A stretch of 61,262 nt of DNA from Octopus bimaculoides (GCF_001194135.2 NC_068982.1:45215752-45277013); one strand, 5' to 3'; counted from the stretch's first letter, positions 13,480 through 26,170 are shown. The notes: a model not told the origin generated them from the letters alone. Translations and numbers: made by a program.

Positions 13480-14695
13480 GGTAGGAGAGAAGTGTGTTTG
13501 CATGGATGATGGTTCATTTGCAGTTAGTGATTCTGCAAACAAAGAGGCTTGGAAGTGTCACTATGAAAGGATGCTAAATGTAGAAAATGCATGGGAACAA
13601 GAGAGTCTGCCTAATGTGGATGCAACAGAGGAACCAGCTATCTGAATAGACAGTAGCTTGGAAAATAAAGCAATTAAGGATATGAAGACAGGGAAAGCCC
13701 CCAGTTCATCGAGAATCACCGCTGAAATAATTAAGATATCTGGCAGAGTGGGATAGGCCTAGTCACCTGCAAAGTTAATCAGGTTGTTGGCAATAGAGTC
13801 ATATCCAATGACTGGTATAGCAGCATTATAGTTAACTGCTACAACAGTACAGTAAAGGTGACACATATACAGAAATATCAAATTGCTGGACCAGACGATG
13901 AAAGTTTCAGAGAGGGTCATAGCTTAACTAACTAGGAAGAGTTAATCTAGATGAAATGCACTTCGGTTTCATGCAAGAGAGAAGCACTACTGAGGCTATA
14001 TTCTGGTAAGGCTTGTAGTAAAACATGATAAAACAATTTATTTCACAGACTTTTGGAACAATTCTGACTCTTAAACCCAATTTTTCACTTGACATTCAAG
14101 TTGTACTAGTTTACTATATCAATTTATTCGGCTTGCAGAATTTGGTCTCTTCAGCAGTACTAGCGCTTGTACTATGGAATTTGTATCCTGCTTCATCTTA
14201 AAGGCAGTTGAACTCTTGTAAACCAAATCTATTCATGTCTTCCACTATATTCTTGTCAGACTGAGTTCTAAAATTTAATGTTTGAACACATTAAAAGTGC
14301 CTGTTGCACACAATTGTTCTGCATTCTAAAAGTCTGTAAAATAAATTGTTTTATTAGAACATAAGAAATTATTGCCTTCTGATTCTTTTTGCACACAGTT
14401 GATTTTCTTCATTATGACAATCTTGAATAAAACTAATGTTTGTACCAATTGAATTTATCATGGTTATTTGAAAGTATATTTTGACAACCTTTGCATATTG
14501 ATTTATAAGGTGTTTAATAACTTTCTGTACCGTGCCATATTACTGACTATCTTACTTTTTACTAAAGGCTACTCCAGGAGATTTGGCCAAAAATAAACCT
14601 CTGTACTTGGCTTTTGTTGACATGGAGAAAGACTTTGACATGGTCCCCTGCTAATGGTTGATAAGAGCTGTACAAGCCATGTACAGGGATGCTAT
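13480..14695 (+). mobile_element. Degenerate RTE RT fragment interrupted by a ~560-bp insertion (14009-14568)
   Basis: EAWKCHYERMLNVENAW..KAIKDMKTGKAP..FGFM before the insertion and KPLYLAFVDMEK after it. Confidence 0.8.
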
Positions 14696-15550
14696 CGTCA
14701 TCATCATTTAACATCTGTTGTCCATGCTGGCACCCTAGAAGGCTGTGCTGGGATCCAGTCTGATTTGTCAAGGTTTTCTATGGCTGGATGCCCTTCCTAA
14801 TGACAACCACTCCAAGAGCGCAAATGGCACTTTTACATGCCACTGGCATGGGTGCCGTTTGTGTGACACCGCTATCTGCCACGACTGATTTTGCTCGGCT
14901 TGATGGGTCTTCTTCTCAAGCAGAACATAATGCCAAAGGTCTTGGTCATTGCCTCCATGAGGCCCAACACTCGAAAAGAACTCAGCTACTTTGTCTCCAT
15001 GAGGCCCAACACTCAAAAGAAACTCAGCCATTTTGTCTCTATGAAGTCCAACGCTTGAGAGGAATGCAGCCACTTTGCCTTCGTTAGACCCAACACTCAA
15101 AAGGTACTCAGCCACTTTGCCTCCATCAGGCCCAATGTTCAATTGTTGATTTTTTTTATATGAGCCACCAGCATGGGTGCACTTGGCTTGACGGCTCCGC
15201 TTAAGCAGAGTACATCACCAAAGGTCTTGGTCACTAGTCATTGCCTCTGCGAGGTTCAAAGTTCGAAGGTCATGCTTCACCACATCGTCCCATGTCTTCC
15301 TGGGTCTATCTTTACCACAGGTTCCTTCCACAGAGTTCAGCACTTCTTTACACAACTGTCCTCGCCCATATGCATCACATGACCAACCCAGCACAGTCGT
15401 CTCTCTTGCACACATCAGATTCCTCTTATGCCTAACTTTTCTCTCAAGATGCTTACACTGTCGAACATGCACACTGGCATTGTACATCCAGCGAAGTATG
15501 GGCTGTAATAGCGCATGTTTCACTGCCATGCAGCATAGCTGTTCGCACAC
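14695..15550 (-). mobile_element. RTE 3' fragment with an internal 42-bp tandem repeat
   Basis: RPRKTWDDVVKHDLRTLNLAEAMTSDQDLW plus the 3' UTR and (GAT)n tail on the minus strand. Confidence 0.8.
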
Positions 15551-15557
15551 AATAAAG

Positions 15558-16910
15558 TGAAAGTCAGCAATGAGTATAGCAATGAATTTAGTGTACAGGT
15601 AGGAGTTCATCAAGGTTTGGTTCTCAGCTCTCTCTTATTCATCATTGTCCTCCAGGACATAACAGAGGAATTTAAGACTGGCTACCCTTGGGAGTTCCTC
15701 CATGTTGATACCTTGTTCTTATAGCTGAATCACTACTAAAATTGGAGAAGAAATTTCAGGTGTGGAAGCAAGGTCTGGAACAAAAGGGCCTTAGAGTTAA
15801 TTAAGTAAAGACCAAATAAGTAGGAACACAGACAAATCACAAATCTCTTCATGGAGATGACCCTGCTTGATATGTAGAAAAGGTGTAGGTAGAAACTCCA
15901 TAAGGTGTACCCAGTGCAAGTTATGGACACACAAGAGGTGCAGCAGTATCGGAGGAAGTGGTTAGTCTTTGTGTGTGGCAGATGTGCAGGTACAAATGAC
16001 ACTAAGAATGTACAGAAAATAGATTTCCTCAAATGCCCAGTGGGATACTTAGAAGTAGTAGATAGCTTTTGTTACTTAGGTGACCAAGTCAGCAGTGGAG
16101 GAGGATGCTCTGACAGTGTAGCTGTTAGAATAAGAACAGGCTGGGCAAAGTTCAAGAGAACTTCTACTTTGTTGGTAACAAAGGGCCTCTCTGTCAGAAA
16201 GGCAATTTGTATGATGCTTGTTTCAACAGTCATGCTACATGCTAGTGAAACATGGGCTGTGACTACAGAGGACATGCAAAGGCTTAGAAGAAATGAACCC
16301 AGCATGCTCTACTGGATGTGTGACAGTGCAAATGTTTTAAAATAAAAACTGAGTATAAGAGACTTCAGATGTAGTGTGCAAGAGAGAAGACTGCATTAGT
16401 ATGGCCATGTGATATGTATAGATGAAAACAGCTGTGCAAAGAAGTGCCAATCTCTAATTGTGGAGTGAACCTGGGGAAGGAGTAGATCCAGGAAGATGTG
16501 GGACGAGATGGGGGGGGGTATGATTTTCAGTTGTTGAGTCTCATGCAGGCAATGACAAGTGACCGAGATTTGCTCTGCTTGAGAAGATACATCAAGCTAA
16601 GGGAATTGTGATTGTTGCTTTAGTCACACGTAAAGGGAACCCGTGCCGGTGACGCATAAAGGGAACCCGTGCCAGTGACGCGTAAATGGAACCCGTGCCG
16701 GTGACGCGTAAAGGGAAACCGTGCCGGTGACACATAAAAAACACCCAGTACACCCTGTAAAGTGGTTAGCGTTAGGAAGGGCATCCAGTTGTAGAAGCCA
16801 AGCCAAAACAGACGACTGGAGCAGGTTCAGTTCTCCGGCTTACCAGCTCCAGTCAAACCGTTTAACCCATGCCAGCACGGAAACAGACGTACGATGACGA
16901 TAATGATGAT
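15558..16910 (+). mobile_element. Degenerate RTE fragment (RT to tail)
   Basis: VGVHQG, VFVCGRC and LEVVDSFCYLGDQVSSGGG motifs, then the 3' UTR and tail. Confidence 0.85.
16624..16745 (+). repeat. 26-bp minisatellite, ~4.5 copies
   Basis: Unit CGTAAAGGGAACCCGTGCCGGTGACG. Confidence 0.9.
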
Positions 16911-19632
16911 GGTCATGTTTAGTATAATACTAGGTTAGTTCCTTTTGTTTGAACATTTTAACTTCGAATGTTTAAGTGTTTGTACGACCAACCCAACCCA
17001 ACTATTATTATCCTACATACAAATTAAAACATCTCTATCATATGCTTGTTTTTCACACAAGTAAAGAGTAACTAGTTTTGTATCCTTTTGAATATAAATT
17101 TTAATCATGATATACAAATAATGATATCTACATTATTCTAGGGTGATAAAAGAAACAAGGAGTGTAATGTGTTTTAGACAAGGAGTGTAATGTGTTTTTG
17201 ACAATGTTGATTGTGGCATGAAAGAGAACACAGATAACACGAGTTACTTTGGATACAGGCCAACCAGCTGAGAGAAACAGTTGTTTCCTATTCTGTCACT
17301 GTCAGAGACACTCAACATTTGTGAACTTTGCCAAACAGATAAATACACGTAGTTCGAAGTTGTTCATCCCAATTAAAACCTCACCGAGCAAACTTATGAT
17401 CAAAAGCATTCCAATCATGACCATCCTGTCTTTTTTAGTATACATAGAACTATATCAGCTAATGTATCTATCCTATCCATATGCAAAGCAGAAGATTGAT
17501 ATGAGGAACATTTGGCAGTTATTTTTAGCAGGAGGAGCGACCACTTAAAGTCTTCTTGGTATGCTTTTAACCACAGGTAATAATATACCCACTGTTTGGG
17601 ACGGCAACAGTCCTGTGGGAATGAATAATTTGTGCCTGTATAATTCCTTCAGCTGAAGAAACTACTAATATAGATCAGGATCCTATTCAAAAAGAGAGTT
17701 GTCTCCATACTATAAAAACTAGATATATGCATCATTTGCCTCTTGGATCCTTATTATTTAGTAAAAGTATTATCCTTTATCTTTTATGGTCAATGAAAAA
17801 CAATCGTGGATATTTTTCAATAAAATTTTAAACGAATTGGCCTTAGACTGATTCGCCAAAAGCTTTTGCTAAAAAAAAAAATGCGAAGAACAAAGACTTC
17901 CAAAATAAGACAGCCACGCCAAAATGTCTTTAAATATTTCATCATTTAGTCATTGCTGTAAGTTTTATCTTGTGACATAATTATAGGAAGTGAAAACTAA
18001 CAAAATACGGAAATTTTTTAAAAAAGAAATCCATTAAAATCACACAAAAACCAAAAAAAAACCTTTTTATGTACTCGTATCCTTAGAAATCTTTATTTAA
18101 AAAACAAAAAAAAAACAACTTAAAATTGTGAACTATTAACAGAAGAGTAAAAAATAAGTTAACCAAAATGATGAAGTGAAGAGTGAATGTTACGTTGTAT
18201 CATAAATGCATCGACGCAAACTGTCTGCCGTGTAGCTTTAGAATACGTAGCTTAAATGCATATGTACAAAAGCGTGTGTGTGTGTGTGTGTGTATATTGA
18301 TATATGTGTGTGTGTGTATATATTGATATATATGTGTGTATGTATGGGGAAGCATATGTTACATAAATGTGATACGTATCTAGTATCCGAATATATTCGA
18401 ACACATGTAATTTATGTTAGAAATGTATATAGCTCCAAACCTTAGGACAACTCGATGATTTATAAAATGATGGGAAGAAAAGTGTCAGGCAATTTATTAT
18501 AGATCAATGAAGTCCGATTAAGCAAAATCTAATCTACTTAATATCAAAGGGATATTGTGAAGTAAGATGAGGGGGATAAAATATCAAGTCGGTAAAAAAA
18601 AACCCCCAAAACCCCCCCTCAAAAATGAGTTTTAAGGAACGGAACAGATGAGTACATAGGAAGAAATCTGGTTTAACTAAAAAAAAAAAAAATTCTACCA
18701 AATACATTTCCTTTTATAAATTAAGGAACGTGCTGTGTGTGTGTGTGTACATTGTCAGGGATATAATACGTATGATTGTTTTATTGGTAGATAAAGAATA
18801 CAGGAACAAAAAAGAAACAACTGCAGAATTATTCGAAGACAAGACAGAAATAGAGACGACTATATAAAACGACAAATTACTAAGAGATATAACCATGCAC
18901 ATTCTTAATAGACCATAGCTTACTTGGAACTAACAATATGGCTACAGCTCTGGTGTGACTACTTAAATGAGGAATATTAGCGAAGACAAAAGCAATTGTT
19001 TCATAATTAAGGATGTATCGATATCACTTAAGTGTTGGTTATTGTTAAAATCTGTCTTTTTGAACAGGAATTAATCGGTATATTCAGTAATTATCGAATT
19101 GGGGAAGGTGGGGGTCTGGTCACTGCTGAAGTAGTGTGATTCCTCACTTGAAGGCAATCAAGAAATGTGTGAGTGTGTAATTAAGAAATTATTTGTTAGA
19201 AACTAAAATACATCAATAAGGATGGTATTCTAAAGATTTACCACTTAAAAAAAGTCAGATTGAATTATTAAGATTTTAATGAAACGTTAAAGTGTAGGAG
19301 TCGATGAAAGATTAAATTACAAGAGATTAATATACATAAATAGAATATTAGTCTAAACTATTTTTTAAAATATGCACATATCTTAGTATATTTACGTATG
19401 TTTGTTTGAGAATAAATTAAAAATTATGATTTATTACAATATCAAAGGAAAGCTGCTGAAATTTGGAAATCAGACTAAGACGCATATATAAAAATTATAA
19501 GTATCAAGCCTTCGGTTATTTCAAGAATATTGCTCGAGACCGGAGAGCTATTAGTGACAATATTCTTTTATAAAATTATAACTTAATGTCTAATAATTTA
19601 CTGGTTATTCGCAATTATTTTTTAAATCTTAC

Positions 19633-19662
19633 CGTGACGGCCACCTGTCGAAGAAATCTCAT
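19633..19662 (-). CDS. Candidate first coding exon of a divergent gene (MRFLRQVAVT)
   Basis: Minus-strand ATG, 10 codons, then a strong ACG|GTAAGA donor. No downstream exon was found in the window. Confidence 0.35.
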
Positions 19663-19898
19663 AAGACATCCACAAAATAAATAATAAGCTTTGGCAATTC
19701 CTGTATCTTCGTCGACTGAACGATATTGAGCATGCGTGTAATTATGTAAATCAGACCAGCTTAAAAACTAATATAGTTCGTCAAATATATTGTGAAAGGA
19801 TAAAATATAGCTATAACTTTTTCGTATTAAAAAAAATATTATCAAGTTATATGAAACTTGCCGCAGATTCTCGTCGAAAGGTTAGTTCAATGACAAAT
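19663..19898. promoter_or_regulatory. MIX23 proximal promoter, possibly bidirectional
   Basis: Repeat-free, locally CpG-containing segment directly before the ATG, with an NRF1-like GAGCATGCGT and a YY1-like AAATATGGCG over the start codon. Motifs were matched by eye. Confidence 0.5.
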
Positions 19899-19952
19899 AT
19901 GGCGACCTCCAGTGATTTGACTATCACGTGCGATGAGTTTCTCTTGTTTCAG
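19899..19952 (+). CDS. MIX23: MIX23/CCDC58 exon 1 (MATSSDLTITCDEFLLFQ)
   Basis: aaatATGGCG start and CAG|GTTTGT donor; resembles the human N-terminus ..CEEFAEFQ as recalled. An in-frame ATG at 19890 would add MTN. Confidence 0.88.
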
Positions 19953-21860
19953 GTTTGTTACGATTATCGTCCTCTTGACTCTATTATTCTTTGTATGAGC
20001 TATTTCCTATATACATAGAGAGTGGAAGTCTATTATGCAGTTTATTTTATTTTATAATGAAAACTTATACACATTTCCGTCCTGGATGATTTGTTTTCTT
20101 ATTTTGCTCCCTACATGTTTTGTACAAGGTTAAATAAGTTGTATGTTTTAGCGTTATTTCTTGTTTTTGAAAGGTTACTCAAATCTACTATAAGCTAATG
20201 TAATATATGGAATTTCATATATGAGGTTCGTATTTTAATGATTTGTCTAACTCTGAGTACACATTATTATAGTACAATAAATTGGAAATTAGGTGCCGAC
20301 GGCCTAGCCTTAATCGCCCGGCCACCGGAATGCCCCCCCGCCACCTATTTAGTAAACAAGTATACGCAGGTCTCTGACTTGCCAACGACATGCTGAGGCT
20401 TAATCCAGCAGCGGCCCGATATCGGCTGAATGGAATTAGTAAACTAATATTGATTATATATGTGTGTGTGAATGCTGTAGTAGGCGTATTTTATCGTAGC
20501 ACCAGCATTACAGAGGTTACCATGTCTTCGACGGACAAGATTAAAGGATTCTCTCGACCCTTTGTTGTCTGCGTCCTGGGTACGTTTTGTCATGGCACCA
20601 ACACTAGTGAAGTTGCCTTGTAACCTGCAAGACAAACGAGTCTACGTCACTATATACTGTCTCTGTTAAGGTGCAGTGGCGTAGCTAGAGGGTGTTGCCT
20701 GCATAGCCCTTGATTTTCTTGCCTCGCTCACCAAGCTCCCCAAGCCTATACAGGCATATATAGCACAGTCAAAAGTGCGGCCCCTATAAAAGCGTCACCC
20801 GGGGCGGTCTGCTTCCCTCCTCCTTTGCCAAGTCGGTAGAAGAGTCAGTGCAGATGAACTAAGGTGAGACGGAGAAAGATGTGTATGAAGGAGGAGAGGT
20901 TTGGGTGACAAGATGGTAGAAGACAAATGGAAGAGCCTGCTAGAAGAAATAATGACCAGATGTAATAAAAGAAACTAATGCTGCTACATGAATCGTCATA
21001 GAATAGGTAATAAGAAAGAATGTGACAGAAGTCAGTTTAATGTCCATTTTTCTTGCTGGCATGGATTGGATTGTTTGCTAAAGTCCATTGAGTTGGAGGA
21101 CTGCATTATGCTTCAATGTCTGCTTTGGCATCGGCTCCATAAGTTGGATGCCCTTCTCTTAGCATATTTTTGCTGCATTTATGCAAATTATATAAGCCAT
21201 AAAAAGTGTTCTAATATTTTTTGTATATGTCTAAGTTTCTTGTCTGCTGAAAAATAAGATAGGATAATTGTGGTGAAGATACCTATTGAGGTGGAAACAA
21301 GTCTACATCTGTCCTCTTGTCTTCAGACAATCAAACTGTCTTTTCTTGAATAGCATGACGATTTTGGAGACTTCTTGATTCTTCAGATTATCTCCCCTTT
21401 CTCATTTTGAGCTAATATCAATTGCCAACATTCAATTGGTCTGCCTTCTTTGGAAGCAGAGATGATTTCAATAAATCTAGAATTCATCCTGTATGTTATT
21501 CAATATACCCTTATTCATCTATGTATGTATAAACTGTGCAAAAGAGGAATCAGATATAATGTGCAAGAGGGAAGACTACACTGGTACAGGCATGTGATGC
21601 TTGTGGATGATGCTTATAACAGTTGTGTAAAAAAAGGTGCATAACCCTCAAAGGGAATGGAACCTGTAGAAGAGGGAGATTATGGAAGATTTGGGACAAA
21701 GTGGTGGAGACTGATTTGAAGTTTACAAAGGAGATGACCAAGGACAGTGTTGATTACTAACATACAGTGACAAATGTACTGTAAGAATGGTGGTAGTGAG
21801 GCATATGTATATATTTCTATTGTATATTAGTGACAGAGGCAGTATTAATACTGAGATATA

Positions 21861-22352
21861 CAGTAATCATTTGCCATATCGCAGTTCACCTATTGCACCC
21901 TCGGTACATCGCAGTTCACCTATTGCACCCTCGGTACATCGCAGATTCTTCTGGCTAATATATGTAAATTTATATCATGGACTGCTCAGTATATCGCAGT
22001 TTCTGCAGCCGATAGGTATATACATGTTTTGGGATTTTAATCATTTCTGTGGTAAAATAAACACTTTCACGCCTAAAAATTGATAAATCAATAAATGGAA
22101 ATACAGTACAGTACTGCACTGTATAACACAATAATTCAAATGTATTAAAAGAAAATATGTAGTGTACCGTAGATGAGTAAACAAAGAATCGCACATACAG
22201 TATGGAAAATGAAACTCAGGAGGCAAGTGTGTGGTGTTGTTTTGCATTTAAAATATATATATACAAATTATAAAAATAACTTTAAAAAAAATATGCAATA
22301 CAGTACTGTTTCTATTTCATGGATTTGGGATGTAACACCCGAGGGATTACTG
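21861..22352. mobile_element. pogo/Tigger-type MITE
   Basis: TA-CAGTAATC ... GATTACTG-TA ends; perfect internal 30-bp duplication at 21878-21937. Confidence 0.75.
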
Positions 22353-22822
22353 TAGATATTTCTATTGTTGTGTCCTCATCTGATACTTCCCCTATCTCTG
22401 ATAAACTTTCATCTCTGTAGCATTAATCTTTTTTTAGTCCACTCACTGTTCACTGGCTTCACTGTCCACTTGCCTTGCTGCTGACTCTTCTCTCTCTCTC
22501 TATCACTTATCTCCTTATCACTCATCTCTCTCCACTCACTCTCGCTTCTATTTACAGTATTATGCTGCCAGTATAACTCAGGCTAGCAGAGGATCTTTTC
22601 TACTCACTGTACTCTGACACTCAAACTGTCTACTATTTAGTGTATCATGACACTTATCTCACAAGAGCTAGCATTTGCCCTAACACCCCTCTTGCTCATC
22701 ATAAGGCCTATATGTAATGGACGACATCAAATCTGTTTGTATCTAATTCATTCCATCACCCTTTCTTTACTATCCATCAGGACTTTCTCTTACTAGGTCA
22801 CTTGTTATTGATATTGACCACT

Positions 22823-25231
22823 CGAGAGAGTCAGTTTAGATGAGATGCAGTTTGGGTTCGTGCCAGGGAAAAGCACCACTGATGCTATATTTCTGGTAAG
22901 ACAGTTGCAGGAGAAATACCTAGCCAAAGATAAACCTTTGTACCTGGCTTTCGTTGACATGGAGAAAGCCTTTGACAGGGTCCCCCGATCCCTTATCTGG
23001 TGGTCAATGAGGAAACTAGGGATAGAAGAATGGTTAGTGAGAGCTGTGTGAGCCATGTACAGAGACGCTATCAGTAAGGTGAAGGTTGGCAACAAATTTA
23101 GTGAAGAATTCCGGGTAGAGGTAGGGGTCCACCAAGGTTCAGTCCTCAGCCCCTTCCTATTTATCATAGTCCTCCTGGCAATAACAGAGGAATTCAAGAC
23201 AGGATGCCCCTGGGAGCTCCTCTATGCTGATGACCTTGCTCTAATTGCTGAGTCNNNNNNNNNNNNNNNNNNNNNNNNNNNNNNNNNNNNNNNNNNNNNN
23301 NNNNNNNNNNNNNNNNNNNNNNNNNNNNNNNNNNNNNNNNNNNNNNNNNNNNNNNNNNNNNNNNNNNNNNNNNNNNNNNNNNNNNNNNNNNNNNNNNNNN
23401 NNNNNNNNNNNNNNNNNNNNNNNNNNNNNNNNNNNNNNNNNNNNNNNNNNNNNNNNNNNNNNNNNNNNNNNNNNNNNNNNNNNNNNNNNNNNNNNNNNNN
23501 NNNNNNNNNNNNNNNNNNNNNNNNNNNNNNNNNNNNNTCCTAATAAGTAGGAAGGTAGACAAACCACAAACCCCTTCAGGTAGATGGCCCTGCTTGATCT
23601 GTAGAAAAGGCGTAGGTAGAAACACTATGAGATGTACCCAGTGTAAGCTATGGACACATAAGAGGTGCAGCAATATCAAAGGAAGGCTAACTAGGAAGAT
23701 AGTTTTTGTATGTGGCAGATGCTCAGGAGCAATAAGCACTGAAAATGTGCAAAGAACAACTTCTGCCACATTCCAGGGAGAAAAACTAGAAGTAGTTGAT
23801 AGCTTCTGTTACCTAGGTGACCAAGTCAGTAGCGGGGAAGGGTGCGCTGAAAGTGTAGCTGCTAGAATAAGAATAGCCTGGGCAAAGTTCAAAGAGCTCT
23901 TACCTCTGCTGGTGACAAAGGGCCTCTCGCTCAGAGTAAAAGGCAGTCTGTATGACACATGTGTACGAACAGCCATGTTACATGGCCCTGAAACATGGGT
24001 CGTGACTGCTGAGGACATGCGTAAGCTTGCAAGGAATGAAGCCAGTATGCTCCAATGGATGTGTAATGTCAGTGTGCATACTCGACAGAGTGTAACTACC
24101 TTGAGAGAAAAGTTGAACCTAAGAAGCATCAGCTGTGGTGTGCAAGAGAGGTGATTGCGCTGGTATGGTCATTTGGCAAGAATGGATGAGGATAGCTGTG
24201 TGAAAAGTGCCACAGCCTAGCGGTTGAGGGTACCTGTGGAAGAGGTAGACCTGGGATGAGGTGGTGAAGCACGACCTTCGAACATTAGGCCTCACCGAGG
24301 CAATGACTAGTGACTGAGACCTTTGGAAATATGCTGTGCATGAGAAGACCCTGCAAGCCAAGTGAGACCATAACCCGTGGCCTTTACCAGGGATGTAGCC
24401 AGTCCACTTATGCGTACCTTTCCTTCTTTGGACACAAAACCCTGCTTGCAAAGACCTTTTGAGGCAAGTGAAATTGGAATCAAACCAAATTTGACGACTG
24501 GCACCCATGCTAACCTTCCTTCGTTGGACACTAAACTCTGCTTGCGAAGACCTGTTGGGGCAAGTGAAATCGAAATTGACAGTCCTGTTACCACAGCTAA
24601 GAGTAGTGAGGACTCTTTAGTTTTATGGGGGCACAAGGCAAATGCAACCATACATTCTGTAAAGTGGGTGGTAAAATGAAGGATATTCAACTATAGAAGA
24701 ACCTCAGTTGAAAGTAAAACTGTGGAGGGAACTTGTTGAAGAGGTAGGCCCAGGAAGACATGGGACGATATGGTGAATCATGATCTTCGAATGCTGGACT
24801 TCACCGAGGCAATGACAAGTGACCGAGACCTTTGGCGATATGCTGTGTTTGAGAAGACCTGTCAGTCCAAGTGAAATCATAGTCATGGCTGATGTAGGTG
24901 TCATGTAAGTAGCTTGTAAAAAGCACCCTTTGAATGTTGGGCCTCACGGAGGTGATGACAAGTGAACAAAGCTGTTGGCGATATGCTATGCTTCAGAAGA
25001 CTCATTGAGCCAAGTGAATTTGTAGTTGTGGCCGATGCTGTTGCCATGTAGGTGGCACATAAAATGCACCCATTACACTCTTTGAGTGGTTGGCATTAGG
25101 AAGGGCATCTAGATGTAGAAACCATGTCAAATCAGACTAGAACTTGGTGTAGCTCTCCAGCTTACTAGTTTCAGTCAAACCATCTAACCCATGCCAGCAT
25201 GGAAAGCAAAGACTAAATGATGATGATGATG
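22823..25231 (+). mobile_element. Longest RTE-clade LINE copy: 5'-truncated RT, PHD-like finger, C-terminus, 3' UTR and (GAT)n tail
   Basis: QFGF, FVDMEKAFD, GVHQGSVLSP, YADD, FCYLG and RGRP motifs; in-frame stops at 23049 and 24152; gap at 23255-23537. Confidence 0.93.
23255..23537. other. Assembly gap (other gaps: 2426-2467, 3201-3260, 26095-26104, 29998-30301, 33947-34806, 58379-58743)
   Basis: Runs of N, usually next to (TA)n or inside repeats. Confidence 0.98.
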
Positions 25232-26170
25232 TTCATGACATGGCCCTTAACTTTCTAGGAATGGAAAGCAGTAACTTCAAATAAGAACTGATTGAGACTT
25301 TGATAACCTATCATATCTAAGGTAAAAAGCGGATGTAAAATGATGATGATCATAGTTTGTGTGAGTGTGTCTCTGTTTTTTTTTCTCTCCATCTGTTTTC
25401 TCTCCTCATTCCTTTCTGTAGAAGAACATAGGCTTGAAATATCAAAGACTCTTCCATTTTTCCTGAGCTTCAAACTAATGTACCTTGTTTGTTGTTTCTT
25501 CACCTGTCTCAGTCTTTTTCTTTTGTACAATTTTGAAGTATATCTATATATATATATATATCTTTGGCTTTGGTGACATGGAAAAAGCCTTTGACAGCCC
25601 CTCACTTCTTTATCAAGCAGTCAATATGGAAGCTAGGGATTGATAAGTGGTGATGAGAGCTGTACAAGTCATGTACAGGGATGCTGTCAGTAAGGCGAAA
25701 GTCAGCAATGAGTTTAGTGTGTACAGGTAGGATGCTAGTCTTTCATCAGAAAAATGGAGAAGGCAGGAAGGTGGTGAAAGGAAAAGAAGATAAAAGAAAA
25801 ATGTTTAGGGACTAAGTGGAAATGTAATACTGTGAAGAGGTTGGATGCTGTGTTCATGTATAGGAAGGTATCTGTGTAAGGAGATTTGTATAGGGAGAGG
25901 TCTGTGATTGGTGTGGCATGTAGGTGGTTGGATAGGAGAGAGTGGAGTTGTGCAAGACTGGGATAGGAGGTGTTAGGGAGGAAGATGAATAGGAGGGAAT
26001 GTGATTAGTGAATTTTTCACTTTTCTCTTTGCAACAATTCCTTAGAACCGCATATTCTGACCTGCTAAAATGTATATGCATATATCTGTTTCTANNNNNN
26101 NNNNCATTCGTGGAATTTTATTTCCTATTCATTTCCATATTGTTAAATTATCATTTGTGGAATTTTATTT

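Noticed and set aside
17155-17200. 23-bp tandem duplication
   Set aside because: Ordinary slippage duplication with nothing further to support.
17415-17648. 78-codon minus-strand open frame (..QWVYYYLWLKAYQEDFKW..) as exon 2 of the divergent gene
   Set aside because: No usable acceptor/donor pair in frame and no recognisable homology; probably decayed TE.
20280-20820. GC-rich patches in intron 1 resembling a CpG island or enhancer
   Set aside because: They contain MITE-like ends (CCTTAATC.., CAGTGGCGTAGCTAG), so they are more likely TE fragments. No regulatory call can be supported.
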